Shown here one piece after another: positions 30,144 to 39,462 of a stretch of 64,000 nt of DNA. Source of the stretch: an uncultured Verrucomicrobiae bacterium (GTDB taxonomy: Bacteria > Chlamydiota > Chlamydiia > Chlamydiales > Rhabdochlamydiaceae); the NCBI GenBank assembly GCA_963806855.1, contig CAWDYW010000002.1:1-64000 (forward strand). The letters are read 5' to 3'. The position numbers were made by a program, and so were the translations under genes. Every line of letters starts with the position of its first letter. The stretch's first letter is position 1. The notes below the pieces were generated by a model. The model had not been told where the DNA came from. It did not search any database and was given only the letters and a program-made list of their open reading frames with translations.

Positions 30144-32055
30144 AGCCTGCTAAAATACTGGGACTGACCGGCTGGTATTTTCCGCCTAGGTGATCCGCCA
30201 AGAAGCGCTCAGCATGATCCAAATACATCATGATGTTTGCGAATCGGCCGAAGCGGTGTCCTTCATCGGGAAATACAAGGTAGGTCACTTCCTTACCGTT
30301 CTTTTTCATGGTGCTGTAGATCTGATGGGACTCTCTTTCATTGACGACATGATCATTCTTGCCGTGTACGAGCAATAGGGGAGCCTTAATGGAATCGACA
30401 TAGTTCAATGGAGAGCTCTCCTCTAAACGATTTCCTACGCTAGTCAGAAATGCTTGTTTGGTATAGAACGCCATCTTGTCTGAGAGGGGTTTGGAAGTAA
30501 ATTCCCAGAATAGAGGCGATTTCTCTAGGACGGTTCTCATATTCGACGGCGCGCAAATGGACACGCCGCAAGTGAAGTAGTCGGGTGTAAATGCGAGGCT
30601 ACAAAGAGATTCATAGCCGCCATAGCTTCCACCCAAAATGGCCAATTTATGTCTATCTGCGATCCCTTTTGCGATAAGGGCCTCGACGCCATCGATCACA
30701 TCCAGATGGGCTTTTCTTCCCCATTCTCCTTGCCCAGCATTGACAAAGTCCTTTCCAAAGCCAGAGGAAAGGCGAAAATTGACGCTAACGACTGCATAGC
30801 CACAACCTGACAGCCATTGGTGATGGGGGTAGAATTGAAATCGGTCTCGGGCTTTAAAAGGACCCCCATGTGGATAGACAACCAGAGGAATAGGCTGCTC
30901 AACATATCCCCCCTTGTCCAATTCCTTGGGTAGGGTGTAGTAGCAGACAAGCTTTTTCCCGTCTCTTGCTTCGACCACCATCGAATACATTTTAGAGAAG
31001 CTCTTTGGACCGGAATGTTGAAGTTCAGATAGGCTCTCATTTTTTCTATCGTAGACCCAGAATTGCCCCCCTTGATCAGGGATGCTATTAGTTACAATCC
31101 AGATTTCCCCATCTCTAGCACAATTGATTACCTCAAAATTGGAGCCAACCTTGCTCTCTAGCAAAGCGATGTCCCGCTCGATTGCCGGGTCGATCGTATG
31201 CCATTTTTTCTGCTGATAATATGAGGCGTAAGCTCTGGGCTTCCCCCCGATAAAGAGCACTTCATCCACATCGCTCTCCGATGGGGCGCCCAATACGACT
31301 TCGGCGCCAGAGAGAGATTTGGCAATGAGATGGCTCATATCACTGAAACGATTGTCCAATAGATAGACAGCCTGTTCTTGTTCATTATACGAGAGGAATT
31401 CAGTCTGGAAGGCTTCTGCGGCGCTTAAGTTCATGAAAAGCTCATCATCCGCAGTGAAAACGGCCCATGAGCCATCTGTATCGTCGATCTGAATTTTCAG
31501 AATGAGGTCCAAGCTGTCGCTGACCAGAAATTTGGCATAACGATGATTTTCAAGTAGGAGTTCAAAATGGCCAGAATCGAGATCTAGACGATAGAGGTCA
31601 TGGAAGAGGGGATCTCGATGATTTAAACCAATGGCAACCTGGTTCTTTTTCGAGCTGATATGAACGACCTTTGCGCTGACATTGGCAAATTGCTTCGTGT
31701 AAACGACATCTTCTTTCGAATAGACGTCAATGCCATGCAGGTTGAGTTTTCCTTTGCCCTGCTCGTCTTTGGTGAGCAAGACTCTAGTACTATCGCTAGA
31801 CCAAAAAAATTGGATAATTCCTGGAGTGGTAAAAAAGGAGACCTGTTCGCTTCCTGTCCTCGACCCCTCTTTTACTCCAACAAAGACATTTGGGATCCCC
31901 TCAGCATCTGCCCCTACGTAAGCTATCTTCTTTCCATCCGGGCTGATTTTGGCAGAAATAAGGGAAGGGGTTGCAAAAAGCGCTTCCTTAAGGACAGCGC
32001 TGAAGACTGCTTGCTGAATCGTCATAAAAAATACCAGGAATTTAAAAAATTTCAT
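30121..32055 (-). CDS. S9 family peptidase (acylaminoacyl peptidase-like)
   Basis: ISPDGK propeller, PHGGP, GGSYGGY, HGKND, FPDEGH. Confidence 0.93.
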   Translation of the reverse strand: MKFFKFLVFFMTIQQAVFSAVLKEALFATPSLISAKISPDGKKIAYVGADAEGIPNVFVGVKEGSRTGSEQVSFFTTPGIIQFFWSSDSTRVLLTKDEQGKGKLNLHGIDVYSKEDVVYTKQFANVSAKVVHISSKKNQVAIGLNHRDPLFHDLYRLDLDSGHFELLLENHRYAKFLVSDSLDLILKIQIDDTDGSWAVFTADDELFMNLSAAEAFQTEFLSYNEQEQAVYLLDNRFSDMSHLIAKSLSGAEVVLGAPSESDVDEVLFIGGKPRAYASYYQQKKWHTIDPAIERDIALLESKVGSNFEVINCARDGEIWIVTNSIPDQGGQFWVYDRKNESLSELQHSGPKSFSKMYSMVVEARDGKKLVCYYTLPKELDKGGYVEQPIPLVVYPHGGPFKARDRFQFYPHHQWLSGCGYAVVSVNFRLSSGFGKDFVNAGQGEWGRKAHLDVIDGVEALIAKGIADRHKLAILGGSYGGYESLCSLAFTPDYFTCGVSICAPSNMRTVLEKSPLFWEFTSKPLSDKMAFYTKQAFLTSVGNRLEESSPLNYVDSIKAPLLLVHGKNDHVVNERESHQIYSTMKKNGKEVTYLVFPDEGHRFGRFANIMMYLDHAERFLADHLGGKYQPVSPSILAGSSAQVSD

Positions 32056-32069
32056 AGCAAACTATTATA

Positions 32070-34073
32070 TCAATTTTGGGACAAATCTGCTACCTCATTT
32101 GATAAATAGTGCTGAAACCATTCTAAATTGAGATTCATCGCATCAAGTAGCATTTTGGGGTCAGTCAAGCGATGTTCCATGCCAGGATAGAGAACTAATT
32201 TTGCCTCTTTCCCTAGCCGATTTAACGCTTGATAAAACTCATTACCTTGCGATACGGGTGTCCTTTTGTCATCCATTCCATGTTGAATGAGGCAAGGTGT
32301 TTGTACATGAAAAACATGGTTAATCGGGGAGCGGTCTTCGTAAAATTGCCGATTTTCAGTAAATTCTCCTAAGTAGTCAGTAAGAAATCTGTCTAGATCA
32401 GTTGTTCCATTGAAGCTGATGAGATTGCTGAGCCCTGCTCCCATGGAGGCCGCTTTAAATCGTGTTGTCTGACCGATTGTCCATGCTGTCATATAGCCAC
32501 CATAGCTCCAGCCCATGATCCCCAGCCTCGCCGGATCGACAATACCTTTAGCGATAAAGGTATCCACACCTGACAGGATATCAACCAAGTCGGCTCCGCC
32601 CCAGTCATGGTAATTGGCGCATCGAAAGGCTTTTCCATAGCCTGTAGATCCTCTTGGATTTGGTCTTAAAATGAAGAATCCTTCCTGCGCAAACGAAGCT
32701 AAAGGATAAGGGTTAGGCGTTCCTATGAATGTTTCATCAAAAAAGCTCATCGGCCCACCATGGATAACAAGCAAGAGGGGGTATTGCTTGCCCTCTTGAT
32801 AGTCAATTGGATAGGTCAATAAACCTTCGATTTTCAACCCATCCTTAGATTCCCATGAAACGATCTTTGTTTCTGTCTTTGGATAGGATAAAAGCGAAGC
32901 ATTCACATTCGAAATCTGAATAGGTGTAAAGTCATCCAATCTTGCTATACAAGCTTCTGGAGGTGTCGCTGCCGTCTGGACAACAAATCCCAGCATGCTT
33001 CGATCGGGGCTTAAAGCAGGTTCCTTAAAAAATAGCTGCCCGGCTTCAATTTCTTTAACTGGATTCCCATCAACCGGAACCAATAAGAGATGAAATTTTG
33101 TCCCTTTAGGCTCAAAAAAGAGAAGATGATCCCCCTCCTTATTCCACCCTAATAAGTTGGGACCAGCAAGCCAGGGACCTTCATTGAATGTTTGAGAAAG
33201 AAGACGGTGCTCTTTTCCATCGGTTGAACGAATAGCTACTTGTCTATGTATCTGATATTTCTCAGGAGAATTGCTACTAACATAGGCAATCCACTGACCA
33301 TCTGGGGAGTAGCGCGGGAGCGCTTCATAATGGGCATGTTTCTCTAGAGAAATAATCTCTCCAGTCTCGATATCTACAGTTGCCAGGCTACTATCCAAAT
33401 GAAAGTGGTCAAATCCTGGGCTTGGCGAATAGGCGAATGTGATTTGTCTAGAATCTAAAGACCAATCGAACTCCGTATTCGTTGCGCCGAAATCGCCTAA
33501 CCCTCGTACACAATAATCGTCGGATGTCAGCGGTCTTAAAGTAAGATCAGAAGAGAAAACATCCATAATCCACAAACGATTAATGCTTGTCTTTTGGTTG
33601 TAAATTTGACTCAGGTTTTGAGTATCTTCAGCCATAACGAAGGCAATTTTTTTACCATCCGGCGACCAACAAAAAGTCTGAATAGGTTTTTTGCTCTTAG
33701 TTAAAGCGGTAGCTTCTCCTCCCTTCCCATCGATTAGATAGAGATTTCTGACCCCTTGCCGCGTTGATACAAATGCGATCCATTGCCCATCTGGGGACCA
33801 TCTGGGCTGCATTGAGGAGACTTCAGCAGCTGAAAAAGGGATAGGACATTCTTTACCATTAGAGTTTGTTTTGTAAATCCTTGATAAGAAAATCCCTTTT
33901 TCATCCGTCATCTTGGGCTCGATGACTACAAAGAGCACAGATTTATTATCAGGAGATATTTGGACCTCATAGATGGTTTTTGTCTTCATGATTGCCTCTG
34001 GAGTCCATTTCAATTCCATTCCAGAAGCAGTGATAAAAGTAAGGGAAGCCAAAATCGTGATAAGAAATCTCAT
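32070..34073 (-). CDS. S9 family peptidase (start MRFLIT)
   Basis: WSPDG repeats, IHGGP, NPRGSTGYG, GWSYGGY, HGMDD, YPGMEH. Confidence 0.94.
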   Translation of the reverse strand: MRFLITILASLTFITASGMELKWTPEAIMKTKTIYEVQISPDNKSVLFVVIEPKMTDEKGIFLSRIYKTNSNGKECPIPFSAAEVSSMQPRWSPDGQWIAFVSTRQGVRNLYLIDGKGGEATALTKSKKPIQTFCWSPDGKKIAFVMAEDTQNLSQIYNQKTSINRLWIMDVFSSDLTLRPLTSDDYCVRGLGDFGATNTEFDWSLDSRQITFAYSPSPGFDHFHLDSSLATVDIETGEIISLEKHAHYEALPRYSPDGQWIAYVSSNSPEKYQIHRQVAIRSTDGKEHRLLSQTFNEGPWLAGPNLLGWNKEGDHLLFFEPKGTKFHLLLVPVDGNPVKEIEAGQLFFKEPALSPDRSMLGFVVQTAATPPEACIARLDDFTPIQISNVNASLLSYPKTETKIVSWESKDGLKIEGLLTYPIDYQEGKQYPLLLVIHGGPMSFFDETFIGTPNPYPLASFAQEGFFILRPNPRGSTGYGKAFRCANYHDWGGADLVDILSGVDTFIAKGIVDPARLGIMGWSYGGYMTAWTIGQTTRFKAASMGAGLSNLISFNGTTDLDRFLTDYLGEFTENRQFYEDRSPINHVFHVQTPCLIQHGMDDKRTPVSQGNEFYQALNRLGKEAKLVLYPGMEHRLTDPKMLLDAMNLNLEWFQHYLSNEVADLSQN

Positions 34074-34074
34074 G

Positions 34075-34788
34075 CTATTTGTCCAATGTAAGAATGGTTC
34101 CAGTTCCAATTTTATAGAAGCGATCTTGAAAAGCCTGGTGAAACCTTTCAATTGCTAAGGCTCCCGTGCAATGACAGGGGGCTGCTATTTGTACTTTGAG
34201 GGCTTTAAACTGATTCACAATTTCGTCAATTTTGCTTTGTTTATTGCGAAATAGATGGAATCCTCCTAAGACAAGGTGAATAGGTTGCTTCAAACGTTTT
34301 TGAGCCTCTTGCAATAATCGAATGATTCCTGGGTGTGCGCAACCCGTTATGACCACTAAACCCTTTTGGGTTTCTATTAAAAGAGCTTGTTCATAGAGAA
34401 GAAATCCACCTTTTAGGACTAAGGAATAAACCCCAGAGTCTATCTCTTTAAAATCCTCAACTATTTCTGTGTGGACAGATGAAGGAAGTTTTTTAGATGG
34501 GAATTTTTTTGGTAAAAAAACTCGACTACCTTTTTTTAACTTTCCAATAATTTCTTCAAGCCCTGCAACATGGTCTGAATGTTTGTGAGAATATACGACG
34601 TCAGTGATTTCATCGCATTGAATATCAAGCTTTTGAAGATTAGAGAAGAAAGCTTTTGAATCTGCTCCTGTGTCAAATAGGATTTTACGAAGGCCGAAGT
34701 CAACTAAGCAAGAGAATCCCCATCCTTCTTGAAAGTCTTCGCGTGCTTTGCAATTGTCGTATATGATTTTGAGAGAAATTTGTTTCAT
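34075..34788 (-). CDS. MBL-fold metallo-hydrolase
   Basis: WGFSCL, LFDTG, SHKHSDHVAG, ITGCAHPG, GGFH, PCHCTG. Confidence 0.9.
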   Translation of the reverse strand: MKQISLKIIYDNCKAREDFQEGWGFSCLVDFGLRKILFDTGADSKAFFSNLQKLDIQCDEITDVVYSHKHSDHVAGLEEIIGKLKKGSRVFLPKKFPSKKLPSSVHTEIVEDFKEIDSGVYSLVLKGGFLLYEQALLIETQKGLVVITGCAHPGIIRLLQEAQKRLKQPIHLVLGGFHLFRNKQSKIDEIVNQFKALKVQIAAPCHCTGALAIERFHQAFQDRFYKIGTGTILTLDK

Positions 34789-34863
34789 AATTTGATTTTT
34801 CTAGTGTTTGTATAAATTCCTACTTAATAGTGTATTCGTTGGCTCTTGGAAACGCAAGATAAT

Positions 34864-35248
34864 CTAAGTCTCTATTTTGAAGTAATGATTGGATTTATAG
34901 GAACGATCTGCAGGAATTTCATTTAGGTGCACCGAAATTTGAGCATTATAGTGAGCTAGCAAATTTTTAAATCCATCCTGAAGAATTTTCAAGAGCTCAC
35001 TTCCTGTCTCTTGCAACTGAATAGACGTACGCCCCTCAAGCAAAAGCACTTGTAAATACACAAATGCCCTGTTTTTTCCCCCCATCCCCCACGTAAAAAT
35101 TCTCACAACAAACGGCTCTACTTTGACAACGAAAAAGCTCGGCGCCCGCCCTATCCACTAAAGCTTCATGAAGTCGTGAAAACAGTATCTTGAAATGATC
35201 CTTTGGCATCTCAATGTTCCCCGAATATTCCAATCTCAAATGAGGCAT
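34864..35248 (-). CDS. 5-carboxymethyl-2-hydroxymuconate isomerase (tautomerase) family; frameshift in homopolymer 35072-35083
   Basis: N-terminal MPHLRLEYS (Pro1), SRA..YVGDG then RAFVYL..LLEGRT in the adjacent frame. Confidence 0.85.
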
Positions 35249-35419
35249 ACTTTACCCTCCGTACGGGACTCCACTTTAACAAACATTCTGTTTAAATTAA
35301 AGAATTGGAATGGCAAACCTGGGAAACACCTTGCCAGGATCTCAAAGATGTTCCATTAAATTCGAATAAGATCATTGGGAACGGTTTTTTAATATAGCCC
35401 CCTTTTCAGCTTCACCCTA

Positions 35420-36499
35420 TCAATCTTGACTATGGAGAAGAGACCTTTCTAATTCAGCTTCGATCTCTTCAATAGAAGGGAGGGTTGTTTTCAGGTCTTC
35501 GGGAAGGGTTTTTGCTAATTGAGTTTCAAAATTTGCGACGCTAATCGGGGATATGTTGTTTCTCAAGGCGTACTCAACGATTAGGTTATCTTTACCCTTA
35601 CAGAGGATAAGGCCTATCGTTGGGTTATCTCCCGGCTGTTTCATTTTGTCGTCAATTGCAGCGAGATAAAAGTTGATCTGCCCAGCAAAATCTGGCTTGA
35701 ATTTGACTGCTTTTAGCTCGATGAGGAAATAGCAGTGAAGTTTGATATGATAAAAAAGAAGGTCTAAATAATAGTCTTCGTTTCCGACCCGTAGTGGGAC
35801 TTGTCTACCTACGAAAGCGAACCCATTTCCTAACTCGAGTAGGAACCTTTGAAGATGATCCATAAGTCCATCTTCGATTTCTTTTTCCCTGGCTTCATCT
35901 ATCAGCGTCAGGAAGTCAAAGCAGTAAGGGTCTTTGATCGTTTGATTTGCTAGATCTGAATGAGGGGAAGGGAGGGTTTTTTGGAAATTATTAGGGGCCT
36001 TACCTTGGCGATGGTAGAGCGCTGTTTCAATCCACATCTCAAGTACAGCTCGACTGCATCCATGTTCGATGGCTCTGCGGGCATACCACTCTCTTTCTAT
36101 TAAATCTTTTACTTTATTTAAGAGAATCACATTATGTCCCCATGGGATGCTAAGGCAATAATCTGGAGGCACTTCTAAGAGTCCAACAGCCTGTTGGACC
36201 CTAGAATAACTTACGTAGAATTGCCTCATGTAAAAGACATTTGATCGAGAGAATCCCTTCAATCCAGGAAAGTCGGCCTGGATGTCTTTACAAAGCCTGT
36301 CGATTACCTGAGCTTTCCATCCTTCCGCTTCTTGGCGGCGAACGATCTCCGATCCAATCCACCAGTGGAGCTTGATTAACTCATGGTTGACCGCCATAGC
36401 GGCTTTGACTTGGGACTCGCGAATGCGGGTTTTGATATTCTCTAATAGAGCAGGATAGCTTTCTGGAAGGGATAAAGCGACTGAGGTTTGGTTTGTCAT
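35420..36499 (-). CDS. PDDEXK nuclease-domain protein DUF1016/YhcG family
   Basis: GFSRSNVFYMRQF, KDPYCFDFL, FLLELGNGFAFVGRQ, DLLFYH, IELK, PTIGLILC. Confidence 0.95.
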   Translation of the reverse strand: MTNQTSVALSLPESYPALLENIKTRIRESQVKAAMAVNHELIKLHWWIGSEIVRRQEAEGWKAQVIDRLCKDIQADFPGLKGFSRSNVFYMRQFYVSYSRVQQAVGLLEVPPDYCLSIPWGHNVILLNKVKDLIEREWYARRAIEHGCSRAVLEMWIETALYHRQGKAPNNFQKTLPSPHSDLANQTIKDPYCFDFLTLIDEAREKEIEDGLMDHLQRFLLELGNGFAFVGRQVPLRVGNEDYYLDLLFYHIKLHCYFLIELKAVKFKPDFAGQINFYLAAIDDKMKQPGDNPTIGLILCKGKDNLIVEYALRNNISPISVANFETQLAKTLPEDLKTTLPSIEEIEAELERSLLHSQD

Positions 36500-36519
36500 G
36501 ATCCAATTCTCTTCAAAGG

Positions 36520-36552
36520 GCTAAATAGTACTGAAAATCAGCACTATTTAGC
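36520..36552. terminator. Hairpin downstream of the M20 gene
   Basis: gctaaatagtactga-aaa-tcagcactatttagc. Confidence 0.6.
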
Positions 36553-36563
36553 AAGTATGCCAT

Positions 36564-37727
36564 TTATTCCGCACCATCAATAACCCATTGTTTGAGGACG
36601 TTGTAGAAGCGAGTGAGGTCTTCGAGGTCAATCCATTCCTGATCACTGTGGATGTCACCCCCTTTGGGAGCGATCACGAGCACTGGAATATTCCGTTCGC
36701 CAAAAAAGCGGGCATCTGAGGCTCCATAGGAGAGCGTCTTTCCGATTTCGATCCCATACATCCTCTTGGCAATCTCTTTAAACTTTAAAAAGGGGGCAAG
36801 CTGCAGATCGACATGATGGGGAGACCCCTCAGCGATGATCTCAAGTGAAATATGGGGATCTTTTTGCAGCAGTTTAGTTAAGGCTGAATAGATCTCGCTT
36901 CCTTTCATCTCAGGGGGGTACCTAATATCGATCTTGGCCTCGGCATGATCGGGAACCTGATTCGGGCTCTTTCCTCCCTCTATCACTCCTACGTTCACAG
37001 TGGGAAAGTAGCTGCCATAATGGCTCTTTTCCTTCTCGAAATATCCATCCACCTTTCCAAGGGCCACCATCAGAATGTCGATGGCGTTCTTTCCTAACCA
37101 TGGGCGGGAGCTGTGGGCTGAAGCTCCACTTGCTATGATTTTAACCTGCAAAACACCTTTAGCTGACTGCTCGAATTTCCAATCAAACCCACCGTCGGGA
37201 AGGAGGGCCACTTTTGAAGAATAGCCAGCTTCAAGGAGCCGTTTGACCCCATTCATTCCGCCGATTTCCTCATCAGAGGTCAGCATCAGACCGATGTTCA
37301 TCTGAGGCAGCTGATCTTTCAATTCATGCAGCAGCAATAAATAGCAGGCAATCGCCATTTTCATATCATAAGCACCCCGTCCAACCATTTTGCTTCCATC
37401 AATCTGAGGCTTGTATAAGGACTTAGGGGCCGGGACAACATCCATATGCGCCACAAGAAACAGTTCTGGAGCCATCGTCTTCTTAGTTGTAACGACTAAG
37501 GTTGGATGCCCATCAAACGACTCGTGCTTGAAATAGAGCCCCAATGTGGAGAGCTCATGCTCGACCCAGCGCAATGCCTTGCCGTTTTCTTCCGTATCGG
37601 CTGTCTCTGTTGGCATCGCAACAAGGGTAGATAAATACTGAGTTAGCTGCTGCTGCTGAGTCGATTTTCCATAAATCGGTTGGCAACACATCGCAAATAT
37701 AGAGAGCAAAATCAGAATAGGTTTCAT
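36564..37727 (-). CDS. M20 family metallopeptidase/amidohydrolase with signal peptide
   Basis: AHMDVVP, GRGAYDMK, SDEEIGG, AHSSRPW, ASDARFF, IHSDQE. Confidence 0.93.
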   Translation of the reverse strand: MKPILILLSIFAMCCQPIYGKSTQQQQLTQYLSTLVAMPTETADTEENGKALRWVEHELSTLGLYFKHESFDGHPTLVVTTKKTMAPELFLVAHMDVVPAPKSLYKPQIDGSKMVGRGAYDMKMAIACYLLLLHELKDQLPQMNIGLMLTSDEEIGGMNGVKRLLEAGYSSKVALLPDGGFDWKFEQSAKGVLQVKIIASGASAHSSRPWLGKNAIDILMVALGKVDGYFEKEKSHYGSYFPTVNVGVIEGGKSPNQVPDHAEAKIDIRYPPEMKGSEIYSALTKLLQKDPHISLEIIAEGSPHHVDLQLAPFLKFKEIAKRMYGIEIGKTLSYGASDARFFGERNIPVLVIAPKGGDIHSDQEWIDLEDLTRFYNVLKQWVIDGAE

Positions 37728-39223
37728 TTTCTTGCTCCATTCAATAGGTGTTTTTTAAAGAAATCCTCACATTCGTCAATCGTAAAATTGAGGAAGCCAG
37801 GGTAAGAAGAACAAAAGTCTTCATGTTTAGCCTCAACCTCTTTCCGGGTGAGAAGGGGATTGGTTTGGGCTAGTGTTTCCAATGCCTCATTATATTTCGA
37901 CCGATCTTCCTTCACTCGCTTTGCGACAAGTTGTAAAACGGGTTGAGAAATGTCTGTCGGCTCAATAATGCGGCCGTCCAGATTGATTGCAGCACCGATT
38001 TCCGCCGTTCTGCGGCAGGCTTCAACCGAAGCTGACCCTCCTAAGGAGTGGCCTAAAACGCCGATCGGAGCATCCCTGGGGATGTTCGCAAATTCGCCAC
38101 TGCGAATACGCTCAGCCAGCTTGGCAATATGAGAAGCATTTTGCAGGCCCCGTGCAATGATTTCCTGTTCCTCGAGCATTGGCGTCCCAATTCCCGTTCC
38201 GGGATGATCCAAACACATCACGATAAAACCTTTCGAACATAATCCTTGAGCCATGTTCTTATAAGCGCATATTGATTGCCCCAGAGCGGGAGAAAAGATG
38301 ACAACAGGACACGCTTCTAGAGGGTGACGAGGAGTATAAAGGATCCCGCCAAGGTTAGAATCGCAATCGGCAGAAATTGGATTTTCTTCTTCTAAACGAT
38401 GGAAGCTGAGGACATCGACCTTATATGTCTGGTTGGCGCTGAGCAGGGCATTGTAGATCAGATTTGTCTTCGTGACTTCAGGAAAAAGATGATAAAAACC
38501 TAGCTGAGAGTCAAAATAATATTCTGCATCGCCTGTTTTGATATAGACGATGGAATGCCCTTGTTGCTCCCGCTTATAATTGTTTTCTTCAGTGATAATC
38601 CTTAAAAAGTATACCCCTTCTTTTAAACTCCGAGTTTGCTTTGACAATTGAGCTTCCAATTGATCATTCCCTCTAACCCCCAGCTCTGAACTCGATTCAA
38701 CCACCTTCAAGCCGTAGAACGGGGCCATGGCGCTGACCTTTTCAGCCACTGCATTACCAGACTGTTTCCGGTCGACCGTTATCGTATTCAGAGCCATCTG
38801 TTCGGTTCTGAATTCAAGCTGCTCCCTTTTTTTCTCTGCCGCCTCCCCGGTCGCGATTTGTTCTTGAATCTGGACAAATCGGGATAATTGACTTGCAAAA
38901 CTCCTTTCTCTGGATGAGGGCGTCAGCTCCTTGTTTTCCTTTAGCGATTTGAGCACCGATAGGGCCTCTTTAGCGACTCGAAATGCAATCGCACTGCAAG
39001 AACCTCCACTTATCTGATTCCCCTTTAACCTCGCTTGATTAAACGAGATGCAAGGCATTGCTCGACTAGACCCTGCATTTAGCCTGTCTACAAACTTGCT
39101 CGCTTTCACCAGATCAGTCTCACCCTTAGCAAGATGGCTCTGGGTAAAGCTGGTAATAAATTCATCCTCATAGAGGCACTGATAAACTTTGACAGTATAT
39201 GGCAAAATATTCGGTAAATACAT
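37724..39223 (-). CDS. Two-domain protein: YopT/C58-like cysteine protease domain plus alpha/beta hydrolase
   Basis: GGSCSAIA ... QGHSIVY ... YYFDSQLG (C/H/D); C-terminal DHPG, GHSLGG, NLDG, AKHEDF; RBS aaggag. Confidence 0.7.
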   Translation of the reverse strand: MYLPNILPYTVKVYQCLYEDEFITSFTQSHLAKGETDLVKASKFVDRLNAGSSRAMPCISFNQARLKGNQISGGSCSAIAFRVAKEALSVLKSLKENKELTPSSRERSFASQLSRFVQIQEQIATGEAAEKKREQLEFRTEQMALNTITVDRKQSGNAVAEKVSAMAPFYGLKVVESSSELGVRGNDQLEAQLSKQTRSLKEGVYFLRIITEENNYKREQQGHSIVYIKTGDAEYYFDSQLGFYHLFPEVTKTNLIYNALLSANQTYKVDVLSFHRLEEENPISADCDSNLGGILYTPRHPLEACPVVIFSPALGQSICAYKNMAQGLCSKGFIVMCLDHPGTGIGTPMLEEQEIIARGLQNASHIAKLAERIRSGEFANIPRDAPIGVLGHSLGGSASVEACRRTAEIGAAINLDGRIIEPTDISQPVLQLVAKRVKEDRSKYNEALETLAQTNPLLTRKEVEAKHEDFCSSYPGFLNFTIDECEDFFKKHLLNGARK

Positions 39224-39277
39224 AATTATCTCCTTTGGTTTAGTAAAAAAATTAATTTAAAATTGAAAGATGGGGGA

Positions 39278-39346
39278 TTATTGGGCGGCTGCCCAGAAGT
39301 GCCAGGAGAGTGAATAACTGAGTGGTATGGTTTCTTTGTTGTGCAT
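39278..39346 (-). CDS. Putative Trp leader peptide MHNKETIPLSYSLSWHFWAAAQ
   Basis: 22-codon ORF with two TGG codons near its end, directly after a promoter and 54 nt before the 499-aa gene. Confidence 0.6.
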   Translation of the reverse strand: MHNKETIPLSYSLSWHFWAAAQ

Positions 39347-39350
39347 ATAA

Positions 39351-39385
39351 ATGTAATGTTACACCATTACGTCATTACGTGTCAA
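39351..39385 (-). promoter_or_regulatory. Promoter overlapped by TrpR-like operator
   Basis: ttgaca (39380-39385)/18 nt/taacat (39356-39361); palindrome gtaatg-ttacac-cattac (39353-39370) plus a third cattac half-site 8 bp on (39373-39378). Confidence 0.7.
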
Positions 39386-39462
39386 GAAAATCTGCTCCTT
39401 GAAGAAAATAGGGGAAAATCATTAACTTAGTGAAAAAATTTCTAGAATGAGAGGCAGATATT

